Source: a virus
Strand: one strand, 5' to 3'
Length of the DNA stretch: 64,000 nt
Virus record (IMG/VR): IMGVR_UViG_3300046507_000282
Location: 29,888-93,887 of that record
Within the stretch, counting starts at the first letter, position 1. The number at the start of each line of letters is the position of its first letter. The notes under the pieces were generated by a model that was given only the letters and a program-made list of their open reading frames with translations, ran no database searches and had not been told where the DNA came from. Below are positions 16,049 to 25,481 of this stretch, piece by piece. Both the position numbers and the translations under genes were made by a program.

Positions 16049-16372
16049 TTAATGTGCAGATTCGGTGGTAGGATTCTCAGGTGCGGAGTCCTTCAGGTGC
16101 GCAAGTTTGAGGACTTGAGACTGTGTCGGCTCCCAGCCTTTGTAACGCTCCGGATAGATCAGGTGCATTTCGGTCAGTTCGCTGCGGAACAGGGCGGAGA
16201 TTTTTTCGGCGGCGAGCGGAGACGGGCGATTCAGGCCGTTCTCCAGCTTGGAAATCCAGCCGTTGTCCATGCCGACCATGGCACCGAGTTCTACTGTTGT
16301 GAGGCCGATGGCACGGCGCAGCTTGCCGAGCGGCGTCTGAAACGAAAGGGGGTTTTCTGCTTTGCGCGCCAT
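16049..16372 (-). CDS. Cro-like XRE HTH regulator
   Basis: 'LRRAIGLTTVELGAMVGMDNGWISKLENG'; divergent from cI. Confidence 0.85.
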   Translation of the reverse strand: MARKAENPLSFQTPLGKLRRAIGLTTVELGAMVGMDNGWISKLENGLNRPSPLAAEKISALFRSELTEMHLIYPERYKGWEPTQSQVLKLAHLKDSAPENPTTESAH

Positions 16373-16403
16373 AAAATTCTCTGAAAATGGTTGTTGAGCC
16401 GCA

Positions 16404-16432
16404 ATTATGCTGGGCAAGCAGATTTAAGGCAA
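16404..16432 (-). promoter_or_regulatory. Promoter of the cro/replication operon, with operator
   Basis: TTGCCT-17-CATAAT; operator TATGC-N7-GCAGA at 16406-16422. Confidence 0.75.
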
Positions 16433-16565
16433 GGCAGTACGGTCTGACCCCGTGAAATAGCGGAGAAATGAAACTTGTATCTGAGTTGCATCAAAGCAAC
16501 AATTTAGCGACTGCTTATTGAAATCTAATTGAAAGTTTTACTGAATGTTACAGGGGAGTCTCTAA

Positions 16566-17294
16566 ATGAACCAGGAAATCGGCAGCATCATCAAACATCA
16601 TCGCAAGCGGCTGGGCCTTACGCTGCTTGAGTTGCAGAAGAGGACGGGCATAAACAACGGCAATCTGTCGAAGATCGAGCGCGGGCAACAATCCCTTACA
16701 AATGACTCTATGAAGTCGATTGCGTCTGCCCTCGGAATGTCGTTGTCGGATCTTTTTTCTGCGCAACAAGCACAACCCGTAATTTTGGGACACAATAGCG
16801 CCGCGGCGAAGGTGCAACATCTGGTGCGGCTAGCCAGCGAGTTAGAAACATTTGACCAAATTTCTGAGGATGAAAACGTGGCAATCGGGATGGTTTCGCC
16901 TGTTGTGGACGCGGTTCGAGGTGGAATAAAAGTAGAGGTAGACGAGAAAAACGCCCATCTTTTTACGGGCAGCGAACTGAAGGAGATTACAAGCGCTCCG
17001 TCGCATGTTGGTGCATACGTGATCGGCGACGATTTGATGGAGCCGCGTCTGTACAAGGGCGATACCGTCCTGGTTGACCTGGCTGACACACAGATTCCTG
17101 CCGCTGGTGGCGTGTTCTGCGTGGTAATGGATGATGAGATCGGCGTGCGTCGTCTGCTGCCCTACCCGGGTCGCGGCATGCGCATAATTTGTGACAATTC
17201 GAAGTATCCGGAAGCGGTGCTCGACCAGCGTCAGGCGCTCGCTGTTCACATCGTCGGACGCCTCAAGATGGTCCGCAGCAAGCAGGGACTGTAA
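16566..17294 (+). CDS. CI-like repressor (XRE HTH plus S24-like domain with degenerate catalytic residues)
   Basis: HTH 'GLTLLELQKRTGINNGNLSKIERG'; S24-like 'GDDLMEP..KGDTVLVD...VRRL...CDNSKYP'. Confidence 0.9.
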   Translation: MNQEIGSIIKHHRKRLGLTLLELQKRTGINNGNLSKIERGQQSLTNDSMKSIASALGMSLSDLFSAQQAQPVILGHNSAAAKVQHLVRLASELETFDQISEDENVAIGMVSPVVDAVRGGIKVEVDEKNAHLFTGSELKEITSAPSHVGAYVIGDDLMEPRLYKGDTVLVDLADTQIPAAGGVFCVVMDDEIGVRRLLPYPGRGMRIICDNSKYPEAVLDQRQALAVHIVGRLKMVRSKQGL

Positions 17295-17316
17295 AGCCCT
17301 CGCCGCAGTAGAAATG

Positions 17317-17340
17317 AAGCCCGGTTCGCCGGGCTTTTTT
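17317..17340 (+). terminator. Intrinsic terminator after cI
   Basis: GCCCGG-TTCG-CCGGGC-TTTTTT. Confidence 0.9.
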
Positions 17341-17361
17341 AATGCCCTCTGCAGATTCTGC

Positions 17362-17390
17362 TTGATTCTTCTTTTTAGGCAGAATAGAAT
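17362..17390 (+). promoter_or_regulatory. Sigma70 early promoter with operator
   Basis: TTGATT-17-TAGAAT; TCTTC-N7-GCAGA at 17367-17383. Confidence 0.75.
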
Positions 17391-17430
17391 GGTTTCCATC
17401 GCAGCAACGAACCCCGATGGAGACCAAGCC

Positions 17431-17763
17431 ATGAACCGAAATCAAGAAATCGCTCAAACCATCCTCTCGCAAATCGGCGGCCAGCGTCGCCTGGTTTTGA
17501 TGACCGGCGCAAAGCACTTCGTCGCCATCGAGTCTGGCCTGCAATTCAAGATCGGCGGTGGCGCGAAGGACGGCATCAACTGCGTGCGCATCACCCTGAC
17601 GCCGATGGATGAATACAAGGTCGAATTCATCCGGACGCGCGGCATGAAGGCCACGCCGGTAGCGACGCACGACGGCGCACACGCCGAAGACCTCGTAACC
17701 CTGTTCCAGAAAGAAACCGGCTTCACGCTCGCAATCCCGCGCATTCGCGGCATCAACGCCTAA
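17431..17763 (+). CDS. Hypothetical early phage protein
   Basis: GGAG RBS; 'AQTILSQIGG...MTGAKHF' pattern seen in phage early genes. Confidence 0.8.
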   Translation: MNRNQEIAQTILSQIGGQRRLVLMTGAKHFVAIESGLQFKIGGGAKDGINCVRITLTPMDEYKVEFIRTRGMKATPVATHDGAHAEDLVTLFQKETGFTLAIPRIRGINA

Positions 17764-17804
17764 GACAACCGTGCCCGGTTCGCCGGGCTCACCAGGAGAC
17801 CACC

Positions 17805-18131
17805 ATGAAAGCAGACCTCAAAGTTCTCACCGCAATCGTCGGCGCACTCAACGTCCTAATCCACATGCGCGACACGTCCCGCTACAACGAAGCGGGTAAG
17901 ATTGGCCCGGATCGTACCGCACGCGACCTCTGCCGCTCGGCTCGCAGCATCGCGCAGGAGGCTATTGTCTCGGCTATGCAAATCGACAATGATGGCAGCG
18001 ACAAGGCGCAGGAAATCCTCTCAAACGCACGTAAGCAGTGCATCGCCATAATCGCCGCACTGAAGGAAATGGATACCGATCCGTCGTTTCGGATTGCCGA
18101 AGTGTTTGACCTTATCGACTACTGCGCGTGA
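17805..18131 (+). CDS. Hypothetical protein
   Basis: AGGAG RBS. Confidence 0.75.
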   Translation: MKADLKVLTAIVGALNVLIHMRDTSRYNEAGKIGPDRTARDLCRSARSIAQEAIVSAMQIDNDGSDKAQEILSNARKQCIAIIAALKEMDTDPSFRIAEVFDLIDYCA

Positions 18132-18141
18132 GGAAAGCGAT

Positions 18142-18366
18142 ATGAAAGTCCTGACCCAATCTGAAGCGCAGTCGCTCTACACTGCGATGACGCACCTGAA
18201 TAATCTCGACGCAGAATTCACCTTCTCTGTGACGAACGCATTCGGCGACGTTACCGTGAAGTCCATTAGCAATGGCTGGGGCGTCGCTGTCCTGCTCGGC
18301 GATACGATCATCGCGCAGTATGACAACCAGGCTGAATTCGCAACCGACTACGGCGTGAGCATCTGA
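18142..18366 (+). CDS. Small acidic hypothetical protein
   Basis: GAGGA RBS. Confidence 0.7.
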   Translation: MKVLTQSEAQSLYTAMTHLNNLDAEFTFSVTNAFGDVTVKSISNGWGVAVLLGDTIIAQYDNQAEFATDYGVSI

Positions 18367-18367
18367 C

Positions 18368-18736
18368 ATGATCGAAACGAACAACGAAGCGCCCGTGAGC
18401 CTGACAGAGGCACTCAGCGCGCACCGCATCGGCCTGACCGCCGTCGCTGCGAACAAGGTATTGCACAGTGCGGGCATGACGGAACTGCGTTGGCGTGCGT
18501 CGTCCGTCGCCACACGCCCGCCGAAGTCGTACCGCGCAGCATCGCCGAAGGGCGAGCAATACGGCGCGATTAACGAGAAGAACTCAGTCCCCAGCGGCGA
18601 CCCGATCTTGCTGAAGTATCTGCCGTCGCGCTTCGCTGCGCTGTGGAACCATCCTGACGTGCAGGAAACGCTGGCCGCGATGGTCAAGGAAGGCGAGGTT
18701 CGCTACCGCGCTACGGATACCGCAGACGCTTTCTAG
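18368..18736 (+). CDS. Antirepressor C-terminal-like DNA-binding protein
   Basis: 'SLTEAL...LTAVAANKVLHSAG...SPKGEQYG' resembles ANT/KilAC-type domains. Confidence 0.5.
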   Translation: MIETNNEAPVSLTEALSAHRIGLTAVAANKVLHSAGMTELRWRASSVATRPPKSYRAASPKGEQYGAINEKNSVPSGDPILLKYLPSRFAALWNHPDVQETLAAMVKEGEVRYRATDTADAF

Positions 18737-18743
18737 TCATCCG

Positions 18744-18765
18744 AGCCCGCCGAGAGCGGGCTTTT
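18744..18765 (+). terminator. Intrinsic terminator
   Basis: AGCCCGC-CGAGA-GCGGGCT-TTT. Confidence 0.75.
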
Positions 18766-18778
18766 CTTCGCCTGAAAA

Positions 18779-18835
18779 CCTTCTTCTGCCGCAGAAAATG
18801 CTTGCCGACAATCTGTGATCTGCGTATAGTACAGA
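18779..18835 (+). promoter_or_regulatory. Sigma70 promoter of the recombination operon, with two operators
   Basis: TTGCCG-17-TATAGT; sites at 18779-18795 and 18819-18835. Confidence 0.78.
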
Positions 18836-18883
18836 TTCTAGTTTGTCGGGGGCTGGCTCCCGGTACGAATAAAGGTTATTGGG

Positions 18884-19711
18884 ATGTCCGAAGCATTCAA
18901 ACGTGTTATTGAAGTCCGCGCATCCTCATGGGGCGCGCTGTTCGACTGCAGCTACAAATGGCAGGGCGAACACCTTCTCGGAATGCGCCGCCCTTCTGGC
19001 ATCCGAGCACTTCTCGGCACCGCAGTTCATGCGGGAACCGCCGCATTCGATCAGGCAAAGATGGACCGCAGGCCGATCACGGCCATGGAAGCGGCAGACT
19101 ATCTGCTCGAAGCGCTTCACCAGCCTACCGACGATGTCGATTACAAGCAGGACACGTCAATCAACATGCGCCAGGCCGAACAGATCGGCCTCACGCTTCT
19201 GACTAAGTACTGCCACGAAATCAGCCCGCGCTACGAATTCCGCGCCATCGAAATGAAGATGGAGCCGATGGATATCGACTGCGGCGACGGCCTGATTATC
19301 CGCCTGAAGGGAACCATGGACCGTTCGCGCGTCGCGGAGTCGAACGACGGCGACGGCGATGTTATTCCGGACGTGAAAACGGGCGCTCGCCTGTTCGATT
19401 CTGAAGGTGGCGTTCTGCTGAAGGCGCGCTCTGCGCAGCTTGGCGCGTACTCGCTCATGTACGAGAACCAGACCGACCGCCATACCGTCGGCGGCCAGAT
19501 CATCGCACTCGAAACCGCGTCTCAAGCACGCGTCGGCGTGAGTCCAATTTTCAATGTCAAGCAGCCCATGACGGGAACGCCTACTCAGAAGGGTTTGATC
19601 GAGTACGCCGCTGGCATGTTCAAGTCCGGGGACTTTCTCCCCAATCCGCAAAGCGCGCTCTGTAGCGAGAAGTTCTGTGCGCGTTACAACACCTGCATTT
19701 TCCACGACTAA
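18884..19711 (+). CDS. PD-(D/E)XK exonuclease (RecB/Cas4-like)
   Basis: 'GTAVH...LKGTMD...DVKTG...QLGAY'; one N-terminal Cys plus C-terminal C-x4-C-x5-C; adjacent to RecT. Confidence 0.85.
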   Translation: MSEAFKRVIEVRASSWGALFDCSYKWQGEHLLGMRRPSGIRALLGTAVHAGTAAFDQAKMDRRPITAMEAADYLLEALHQPTDDVDYKQDTSINMRQAEQIGLTLLTKYCHEISPRYEFRAIEMKMEPMDIDCGDGLIIRLKGTMDRSRVAESNDGDGDVIPDVKTGARLFDSEGGVLLKARSAQLGAYSLMYENQTDRHTVGGQIIALETASQARVGVSPIFNVKQPMTGTPTQKGLIEYAAGMFKSGDFLPNPQSALCSEKFCARYNTCIFHD

Positions 19712-19724
19712 GAGGACTCCTGAA

Positions 19725-20999
19725 GTGGCAACCGCAATTTCAGCACTGAAGCAGCCGGAACAACAGGCTGTAGCGAAGAAGCCGAAGACGATTTTCGATC
19801 TTCTCACTGAAGACAAGGCCCGTCGCGCGATTGCATCCGTGGCCGGTCAGTACATGACGCCTGAGCGCTTCCTGCGCCTGGCTATCAACTGCCTCAAAAA
19901 GACTCCGAAGCTCATGGAGTGCGACCCGCAAAGCGTTCTCGGCTCGTTCATGGCGAGCGCGGCGCTCGGGCTCGAACCGAACACGGTTCTGCAGCAGGCG
20001 TTTCTGATTCCCTACGGCGTGCGCGGCAAGATTCCCGGCACAAATGACTGGGGCATCACGCACTATGACTGCCAGTTTCAGATCGGCTATCGCGGCTTTA
20101 TCACGCTGGCGCACCGCTCGCCGCACATTACCACCATCGAAGCCGAAGCCATCCACTCGGGCGACCACTTCAAGCACCGCAAGGGCTCCGTATCCTTCCT
20201 CGAATACGAGAAGGCGCTTATCAATCGCGGCGACCTGATCGGCTCGTACGCTTACTCGAAGCTCGAAGGCGGCGGCGAGGCGGCAACCATTCTCCCGCTG
20301 GACGAAATCCACAAAATCCGCTCGCGCTCGGAAACGTATCAGGCGCTGATTCGCGGCGCGGACAAGCAGGGCTTGAAGGACTGGGAGAAAAAGAAGGCCG
20401 AAGAGAAGCTGGCCGGTACGCCGTGGGTTATGTGGGAAGACGATATGTCGGCGAAGTCAGCAATCAAAAAGCACTCGAAGCAGTTGCCGATGAATCCGGG
20501 CGACCCCATGGCCGCCGCAGTGTCGCTCGATGCCGACCGCGAAGACGGCAAGACGATTGACATGGCCGATCTCACCGACGTGGAAAAGATGCGCGCGGTC
20601 ATGGAAGACGGCGACGCACCGCCCGAAATGGCTGGCGATGCACCGGCAGCACTGACGAACGAACAAGGCGGCGAAACGCTGGACTTCGGCAGCGCGCAGC
20701 AAGGTGAGAAGGTGGACGTGGGCCACTTCAATGCGCAGCAGCGCGAGCAGGCTAAGCAGCAAGCGACGGACGTGGATTCTACGCCGAAGGGCAACGCACC
20801 AGAAGGTAGCGGTCTGGCGCAACTGGAGGCGGCGATCAAGTCGGAAACGAACACCGACGAACTCGACCTTCTGGCCGACCAAATCCGCTCGCTGGCAGCC
20901 GCAGACCAGCCGCGCATGAACAAGCTGTACCGCACTCGCCGCGCCGAACTCGCGAACGCAGGCAAGCCCGCTCAACAAGACGCTTTTTCGATGGACTAA
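19725..20999 (+). CDS. recT: RecT-family single-strand annealing protein
   Basis: 'LGLEPN...AFLIPY...QFQIGYRG...MSAKSAIK'. Confidence 0.9.
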   Translation: MATAISALKQPEQQAVAKKPKTIFDLLTEDKARRAIASVAGQYMTPERFLRLAINCLKKTPKLMECDPQSVLGSFMASAALGLEPNTVLQQAFLIPYGVRGKIPGTNDWGITHYDCQFQIGYRGFITLAHRSPHITTIEAEAIHSGDHFKHRKGSVSFLEYEKALINRGDLIGSYAYSKLEGGGEAATILPLDEIHKIRSRSETYQALIRGADKQGLKDWEKKKAEEKLAGTPWVMWEDDMSAKSAIKKHSKQLPMNPGDPMAAAVSLDADREDGKTIDMADLTDVEKMRAVMEDGDAPPEMAGDAPAALTNEQGGETLDFGSAQQGEKVDVGHFNAQQREQAKQQATDVDSTPKGNAPEGSGLAQLEAAIKSETNTDELDLLADQIRSLAAADQPRMNKLYRTRRAELANAGKPAQQDAFSMD

Positions 21000-21002
21000 C
21001 AA

Positions 21003-22805
21003 ATGCGCTTCAACCATATCAAGATCAGCAATATCTTCGGCGCGCGCCATATCGACATGGAATTTACGACGCCGATCACCCTGTTTTGCGGCCCCAACGG
21101 GGCCTGCAAGTCCAGTATCCAAGAGGGCGTCCGGATGGCGTTCTCGGGCGACACGACGCGCGTCAATCTGAAGCGCGACTACCCGCTGATCGTCACCGAA
21201 GGCGCGAAGGCTGGCGGCGTGCGCGTGACGACTGACGAAGGATTCGCATCCATCGCCATGCCGAAGGGTCTGCATGCGCTCGGCGACGGGCTCGAAAAGG
21301 GATTACCTGACGCCCTGCCCTACGTCCTGAATGCGCAGCAGTTCGCCGGGATGAAAGAGGACGACCGCCGCACCTTCCTGTTCGGCCTGACGAATAGCCA
21401 GGTCACGGTTGAATCGCTCAAGCGCATGCTGAAAGAGGCGGAGTGCGATGACGCCCGCGTGGCGCAAGTTCTCCCGCTGCTGAAGTCGATCATCGGGTTC
21501 CCTGCGGCAGAAAAGTTCGCAGCCGGGAAGGCGACCGAAGCAAAAGGCGCGTGGCAGCAAGTCACGGGCGAGAAGTACGGTTCGGTAAAGGGCGAATCGT
21601 GGGAAGCCGATAAGCCGACGTTCGACGTGGACGCGCTGGAGTACTGGCAAGAGGAAGTCACGCACCGCCGTGAAGACCTCAATAAGGCTTCTCAGGCGCT
21701 CGGCAGCCTCAAGACGATGCACGCTCAGGCCGCGACCGAAGCGGGCCGCCGTGAGCTTCTTACGAACCGCGCAGGCCGCGTCGCGGAACTGACGGCCATC
21801 TTGAACAAGGAAACGTCGTCGCTGGTTGATCTCGAAGAGAAGGTCAAGGAACTCGAAGCGATGGCTGGCGAGGCCCCGAAGGTCGGTATCGAGCACGACT
21901 TCGCCCGCGCCATTGAATTTGCTCTCGATGCGCTCGGCGACGATCAGCGCGCAAGCGTCATGGCGACCGTCGAAAAGCTGAAGGTCCCGTTCAATGCATA
22001 CGTGGCAAAGAATGGCCTTCCGAGCAATAGCGGCGACGAGGCAGCGCGCGATGCGCTTCCGGAGGCACGCGCAAAGGTCACCGCGAAGAAAAACGCAGTA
22101 CAGACCAACACCCGCGCGCTGAAGGAATGCGAGACCGCGGCGGCGCAACTGGCCGACATGGGCGAGATCGAGACCGTCACCGACGAAGCGCTCACCGAAG
22201 GCGCGGCGATCATTGCCAAGCTGCAGGCGCACCTGGACGAAGCCAGCACGGAACTCGCCAAGATCGCGACGGTACGCGACGCCGCCGACGGCGCAGAGCA
22301 AAAGACGAAGGATGCGAAGGCCGCGCACGTCGAAGCAACCGAGTGGACGAAGCTCGCGAAGGCGCTCGGTGCGGACGGCATCCCGGCGCAGATTCTGGCG
22401 AACGCGCTCAAGCCGATCAATACGGAACTTCGCAAGTCGTCGCTGGCGACTGGCTGGCGTCAGGCGGCCATCAACGCCGACATGTCGATCACCGCCGAGG
22501 GCCGCATCTATAGCCTGCTGTGCGAGTCTGAAAAGTGGCGCGTGGACGCAATGATTGCCGAGGCTATCAGCGGCATCAGCGGGCTCGGCGTGCTCATGCT
22601 TGACCGTGTGGACGTGCTCGAACCGAAGGCCCGCCCGGAACTGATTCGCTGGCTCCATGGTCGCGCCACCGAAGGGGCGATCAACACCGCGATCCTCTGC
22701 GCGACCCTGAAGGAGCGCCCGAAGGGAATGCCCCCGACGATTCAGCCGGTATGGCTCGAAGAAGGCGAAGTCGTGGAAGCCGCAGAACTGGCGGCGGCAG
22801 CTTAA
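21003..22805 (+). CDS. SMC/Rad50-like ATPase with coiled coil
   Basis: Walker A GPNGACKS, long coiled coil, degenerate signature LCESE, Walker B LMLDRVD. Confidence 0.85.
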   Translation: MRFNHIKISNIFGARHIDMEFTTPITLFCGPNGACKSSIQEGVRMAFSGDTTRVNLKRDYPLIVTEGAKAGGVRVTTDEGFASIAMPKGLHALGDGLEKGLPDALPYVLNAQQFAGMKEDDRRTFLFGLTNSQVTVESLKRMLKEAECDDARVAQVLPLLKSIIGFPAAEKFAAGKATEAKGAWQQVTGEKYGSVKGESWEADKPTFDVDALEYWQEEVTHRREDLNKASQALGSLKTMHAQAATEAGRRELLTNRAGRVAELTAILNKETSSLVDLEEKVKELEAMAGEAPKVGIEHDFARAIEFALDALGDDQRASVMATVEKLKVPFNAYVAKNGLPSNSGDEAARDALPEARAKVTAKKNAVQTNTRALKECETAAAQLADMGEIETVTDEALTEGAAIIAKLQAHLDEASTELAKIATVRDAADGAEQKTKDAKAAHVEATEWTKLAKALGADGIPAQILANALKPINTELRKSSLATGWRQAAINADMSITAEGRIYSLLCESEKWRVDAMIAEAISGISGLGVLMLDRVDVLEPKARPELIRWLHGRATEGAINTAILCATLKERPKGMPPTIQPVWLEEGEVVEAAELAAAA

Positions 22806-22853
22806 AGAACCATGTCGCCCGGCCACGCGCCGGGCACTCACCGGGGAAACGAT

Positions 22854-23117
22854 ATGGCGGGCAAAAAGAAGGCCGCACTGAGTCCAGAAGAACTCGCGGC
22901 CATCGCAGAGGAAAAACAGAAGATCGAAGATATGCGCGAACAGATTTTGTGCGCGTGCGCATCGGTTCCTGACTACATCAAAGACAAGGCGGGCGTCGTC
23001 GCGGTTCGCAACTGGAAGGCGGCGATGCTGCGCGCACGACGCGCGGCAGCAAGGGGAACACTTCCTTCCATGACGAAGGCTTTCAACGCACTGAATGCAG
23101 CATCAATTAAATCCTAA
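22854..23117 (+). CDS. Hypothetical protein
   Basis: GGGGA RBS; within the operon. Confidence 0.65.
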   Translation: MAGKKKAALSPEELAAIAEEKQKIEDMREQILCACASVPDYIKDKAGVVAVRNWKAAMLRARRAAARGTLPSMTKAFNALNAASIKS

Positions 23118-23128
23118 GGATTATCACC

Positions 23129-23626
23129 GTGGCGAAAAGTAAGAACCTCTGCATTTTCATCGGGAACTTGGGGAAAGACCCGGAAGTGCGCTACATGCCG
23201 AGCGGCGACGCACTGTGCAGCTTCAGCATCGCCTGCACGGAAACGTGGAAGGACAAGCAGAGCGGCGATATTAAAGAGGCGACCGAGTGGATTCGCGTTA
23301 GCGCATTCGGGCGTCTCGCCGAGGTCTGCGGCGAGTACCTGAAGCAGGGCTCGCGCGTGTACATCGAGGGCAAGTTCAAGACGCGCAAATATCAGGCGGC
23401 GGATGGCACCGACCGCTACACGACCGAAATCAAGCTCGAAGAAATGATGATGCTCGATGGACGCCAGGCGGGAGAAGGTGGCGGCGAGCGCCCGGCGCGC
23501 AGCACGAACGCGGGCAACGGCAGCCAGCGGCAGCCGCAGGAACGCCAGGGCGCGAAGACGGGCAGCGCGGGCCGTGGTGGCGGATTGGGACCGGAAGATT
23601 ACGACGACTCGGACATTCCTTTCTAA
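23129..23626 (+). CDS. ssb: Single-stranded DNA-binding protein
   Basis: 'IGNLGKDPEVRY...TEW...YIEG' OB fold; acidic DDSDIPF tail. Confidence 0.97.
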   Translation: MAKSKNLCIFIGNLGKDPEVRYMPSGDALCSFSIACTETWKDKQSGDIKEATEWIRVSAFGRLAEVCGEYLKQGSRVYIEGKFKTRKYQAADGTDRYTTEIKLEEMMMLDGRQAGEGGGERPARSTNAGNGSQRQPQERQGAKTGSAGRGGGLGPEDYDDSDIPF

Positions 23627-23658
23627 TTTTTCGCCCTCTAATCTGCTTTAGAAGCATC

Positions 23659-24099
23659 ATGAAACTTTGCAAACTTTGCGACGAGCAGAAACCGCTCTCC
23701 GACTTCTATTCGCAGGTGGCTCGTTGCAAGGAATGCCACAAGGCAGCAATGGCAAAGCGGCGCGCAGAAAACCTTGACGCGATCAGAGCATACGACCGGG
23801 CGCGGGGGAGTCTCCCGCACCGGGTCGAAGCGCGCACCAAGTTCCAAAAAACGGACGCATACAAGCGCTCGCACAAGGACGCAACGGCGAAGTACGTAGC
23901 CAAGCATCCGAAGCGGCGCGCAGCACAAATCGCGGTCGGAAACGCGATCCGCGACGGGCGGCTCACTAAGAAGCCATGTCAGGTCTGCGGATGCGAGCGC
24001 ACCGAGGCGCATCACCCCGATTACGACGCACCGCTTGACGTTGTCTGGCTGTGCGTTCCGCACCACGTAGAAGTCCACCAACTTGTAGAGACACACTGA
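23659..24099 (+). CDS. HNH-like endonuclease
   Basis: 'CQVCG...EAHHPDY...VVWLCVPHH' plus N-terminal CxxC pairs. Confidence 0.75.
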   Translation: MKLCKLCDEQKPLSDFYSQVARCKECHKAAMAKRRAENLDAIRAYDRARGSLPHRVEARTKFQKTDAYKRSHKDATAKYVAKHPKRRAAQIAVGNAIRDGRLTKKPCQVCGCERTEAHHPDYDAPLDVVWLCVPHHVEVHQLVETH

Positions 24100-24100
24100 A

Positions 24101-25036
24101 ATGAACGAAGTAAAACTCCGCGACAGCACTATCACCTTCACGGACCCGGAGACCGGCGAGCAGCACACGCTTGATATCGCCGACGTACGCACCATGGTCG
24201 CAGGCATCGCAAAAGACGTTCCGGAACTCGGCGATATGCCGCCCGAATTGCGCCAACTGTTCGCCGACGGAAAGCACACCATCACGCTCGAAGCGCAGGA
24301 CATGAATTTCAACCCGGACGTGATCGAGGCGCTCGGGCTGAAGGATCAACTGGACGCGCAGCCGAAAACGCTGAAGCCAGACGTGCTTGAAGTCCAGGCC
24401 GCTCCCGCGCCGCGCGGAATGGTCTCGCCGAATCGCAAGCAGCGCCGCGCACAAGAGAAGCGCCGCCGCTCGAAGGTGTTTCAGAAGGCCGAAGCGAAGC
24501 GCCTGGAGCCGATCCGCAAGAAAATGCAGGCGCAGATTGACGCTGAGCGCGCCGCGAAGGAGCAAGAGGCGCTGCAGGACGTGGTTTTCGCCGACCCGCG
24601 CCATATCGGCAAGATCGTGAAGGTGTTCGAGCCTATCGAGAAGGCGCTGCATAACTTCGTGGATGGCGAAGTCGCCACCATGGACGACGGCACGACGCTC
24701 TTGTGGGCCACTGAAGACGGCTGCTGGTATCCCGCCGTCGCATGCCTGCGCAGCGTGCTCGAAACGTACGCGAAGCTCGGCGATACGTTCGGCTGGGCCA
24801 ACCACAACGCCGGGCTCGCTCGCGTTGCGACCCTGCTGGAGAACGGCGAGCCGATCCACAAGGCGGACGTAGACGAAGCGCTGAAGACGGTCGAATGGAT
24901 GAAGTACTGCACCCTGACGATCACGCCGCGCCAGTTCACGAAAGAGGCGGTCGAAATCCAGATCGCCAACGAACTGCGCGACGCCGGGCTCGCACCGGAG
25001 CCGACCGACGCGGACCTCACGCGCGATGTCGTTTAA
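24101..25036 (+). CDS. Hypothetical protein
   Basis: 311-aa ORF in the operon. Confidence 0.75.
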   Translation: MNEVKLRDSTITFTDPETGEQHTLDIADVRTMVAGIAKDVPELGDMPPELRQLFADGKHTITLEAQDMNFNPDVIEALGLKDQLDAQPKTLKPDVLEVQAAPAPRGMVSPNRKQRRAQEKRRRSKVFQKAEAKRLEPIRKKMQAQIDAERAAKEQEALQDVVFADPRHIGKIVKVFEPIEKALHNFVDGEVATMDDGTTLLWATEDGCWYPAVACLRSVLETYAKLGDTFGWANHNAGLARVATLLENGEPIHKADVDEALKTVEWMKYCTLTITPRQFTKEAVEIQIANELRDAGLAPEPTDADLTRDVV

Positions 25037-25481
25037 CTCGACGTTTAAGAGCCCCGGCAAGGGGCTCGCGCGCAGTAGCTTCAAGCGCAAGAGCCCCATG
25101 TCGAAGACGGCCATCGCCAAAGCAGCCGGCGAGCCCGTGAAGGCGAAGCCGCGCGCCGCGCTGAAGGCGACACGCCCGAAGGCCACGCCGATCCGTCAGA
25201 GCGCTCGGCACGAGCACTGCACCCTGCGCCTGTTCGGCGTATGCCGCGAGGAAGAGGGGAACGTCGTGTGGGCTCACTCGAACCGCGGCGAGCACGGGAA
25301 AGGCGGCGGCCTGAAGGCCGAAGACCAGTACGGCGCGTATGCCTGTTTCTTCTGCCATGGCGTTTATGACAGGCAGATCAAGCGCCCGGCAGGTATGACG
25401 CTGGAATACGTCGAAGACCGCTTCACGGCGGGCATGAATGAATCGCGCGAGAAGCTCCGCGCCAAAGGATTGTTGCGATGA
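25026..25481 (+). CDS. DUF1364/YbcO-like zinc-binding nuclease-fold protein
   Basis: 'SARHEHCTLRL.GVC...VVWAH...GAYACFFCH..YD'. Confidence 0.8.
   Translation: MSFNSTFKSPGKGLARSSFKRKSPMSKTAIAKAAGEPVKAKPRAALKATRPKATPIRQSARHEHCTLRLFGVCREEEGNVVWAHSNRGEHGKGGGLKAEDQYGAYACFFCHGVYDRQIKRPAGMTLEYVEDRFTAGMNESREKLRAKGLLR

Noticed and set aside
18884-19711. Cas4-like nuclease as evidence of a CRISPR system
   Set aside because: No repeat-spacer array or other cas genes were seen; the RecT/SSB context indicates a recombination exonuclease
21303-22841. Long antisense ORFs (512 aa here; also 23966-25186, 47018-48856, 52937-54430, 42034-43143)
   Set aside because: Shadow frames of real high-GC genes on the opposite strand
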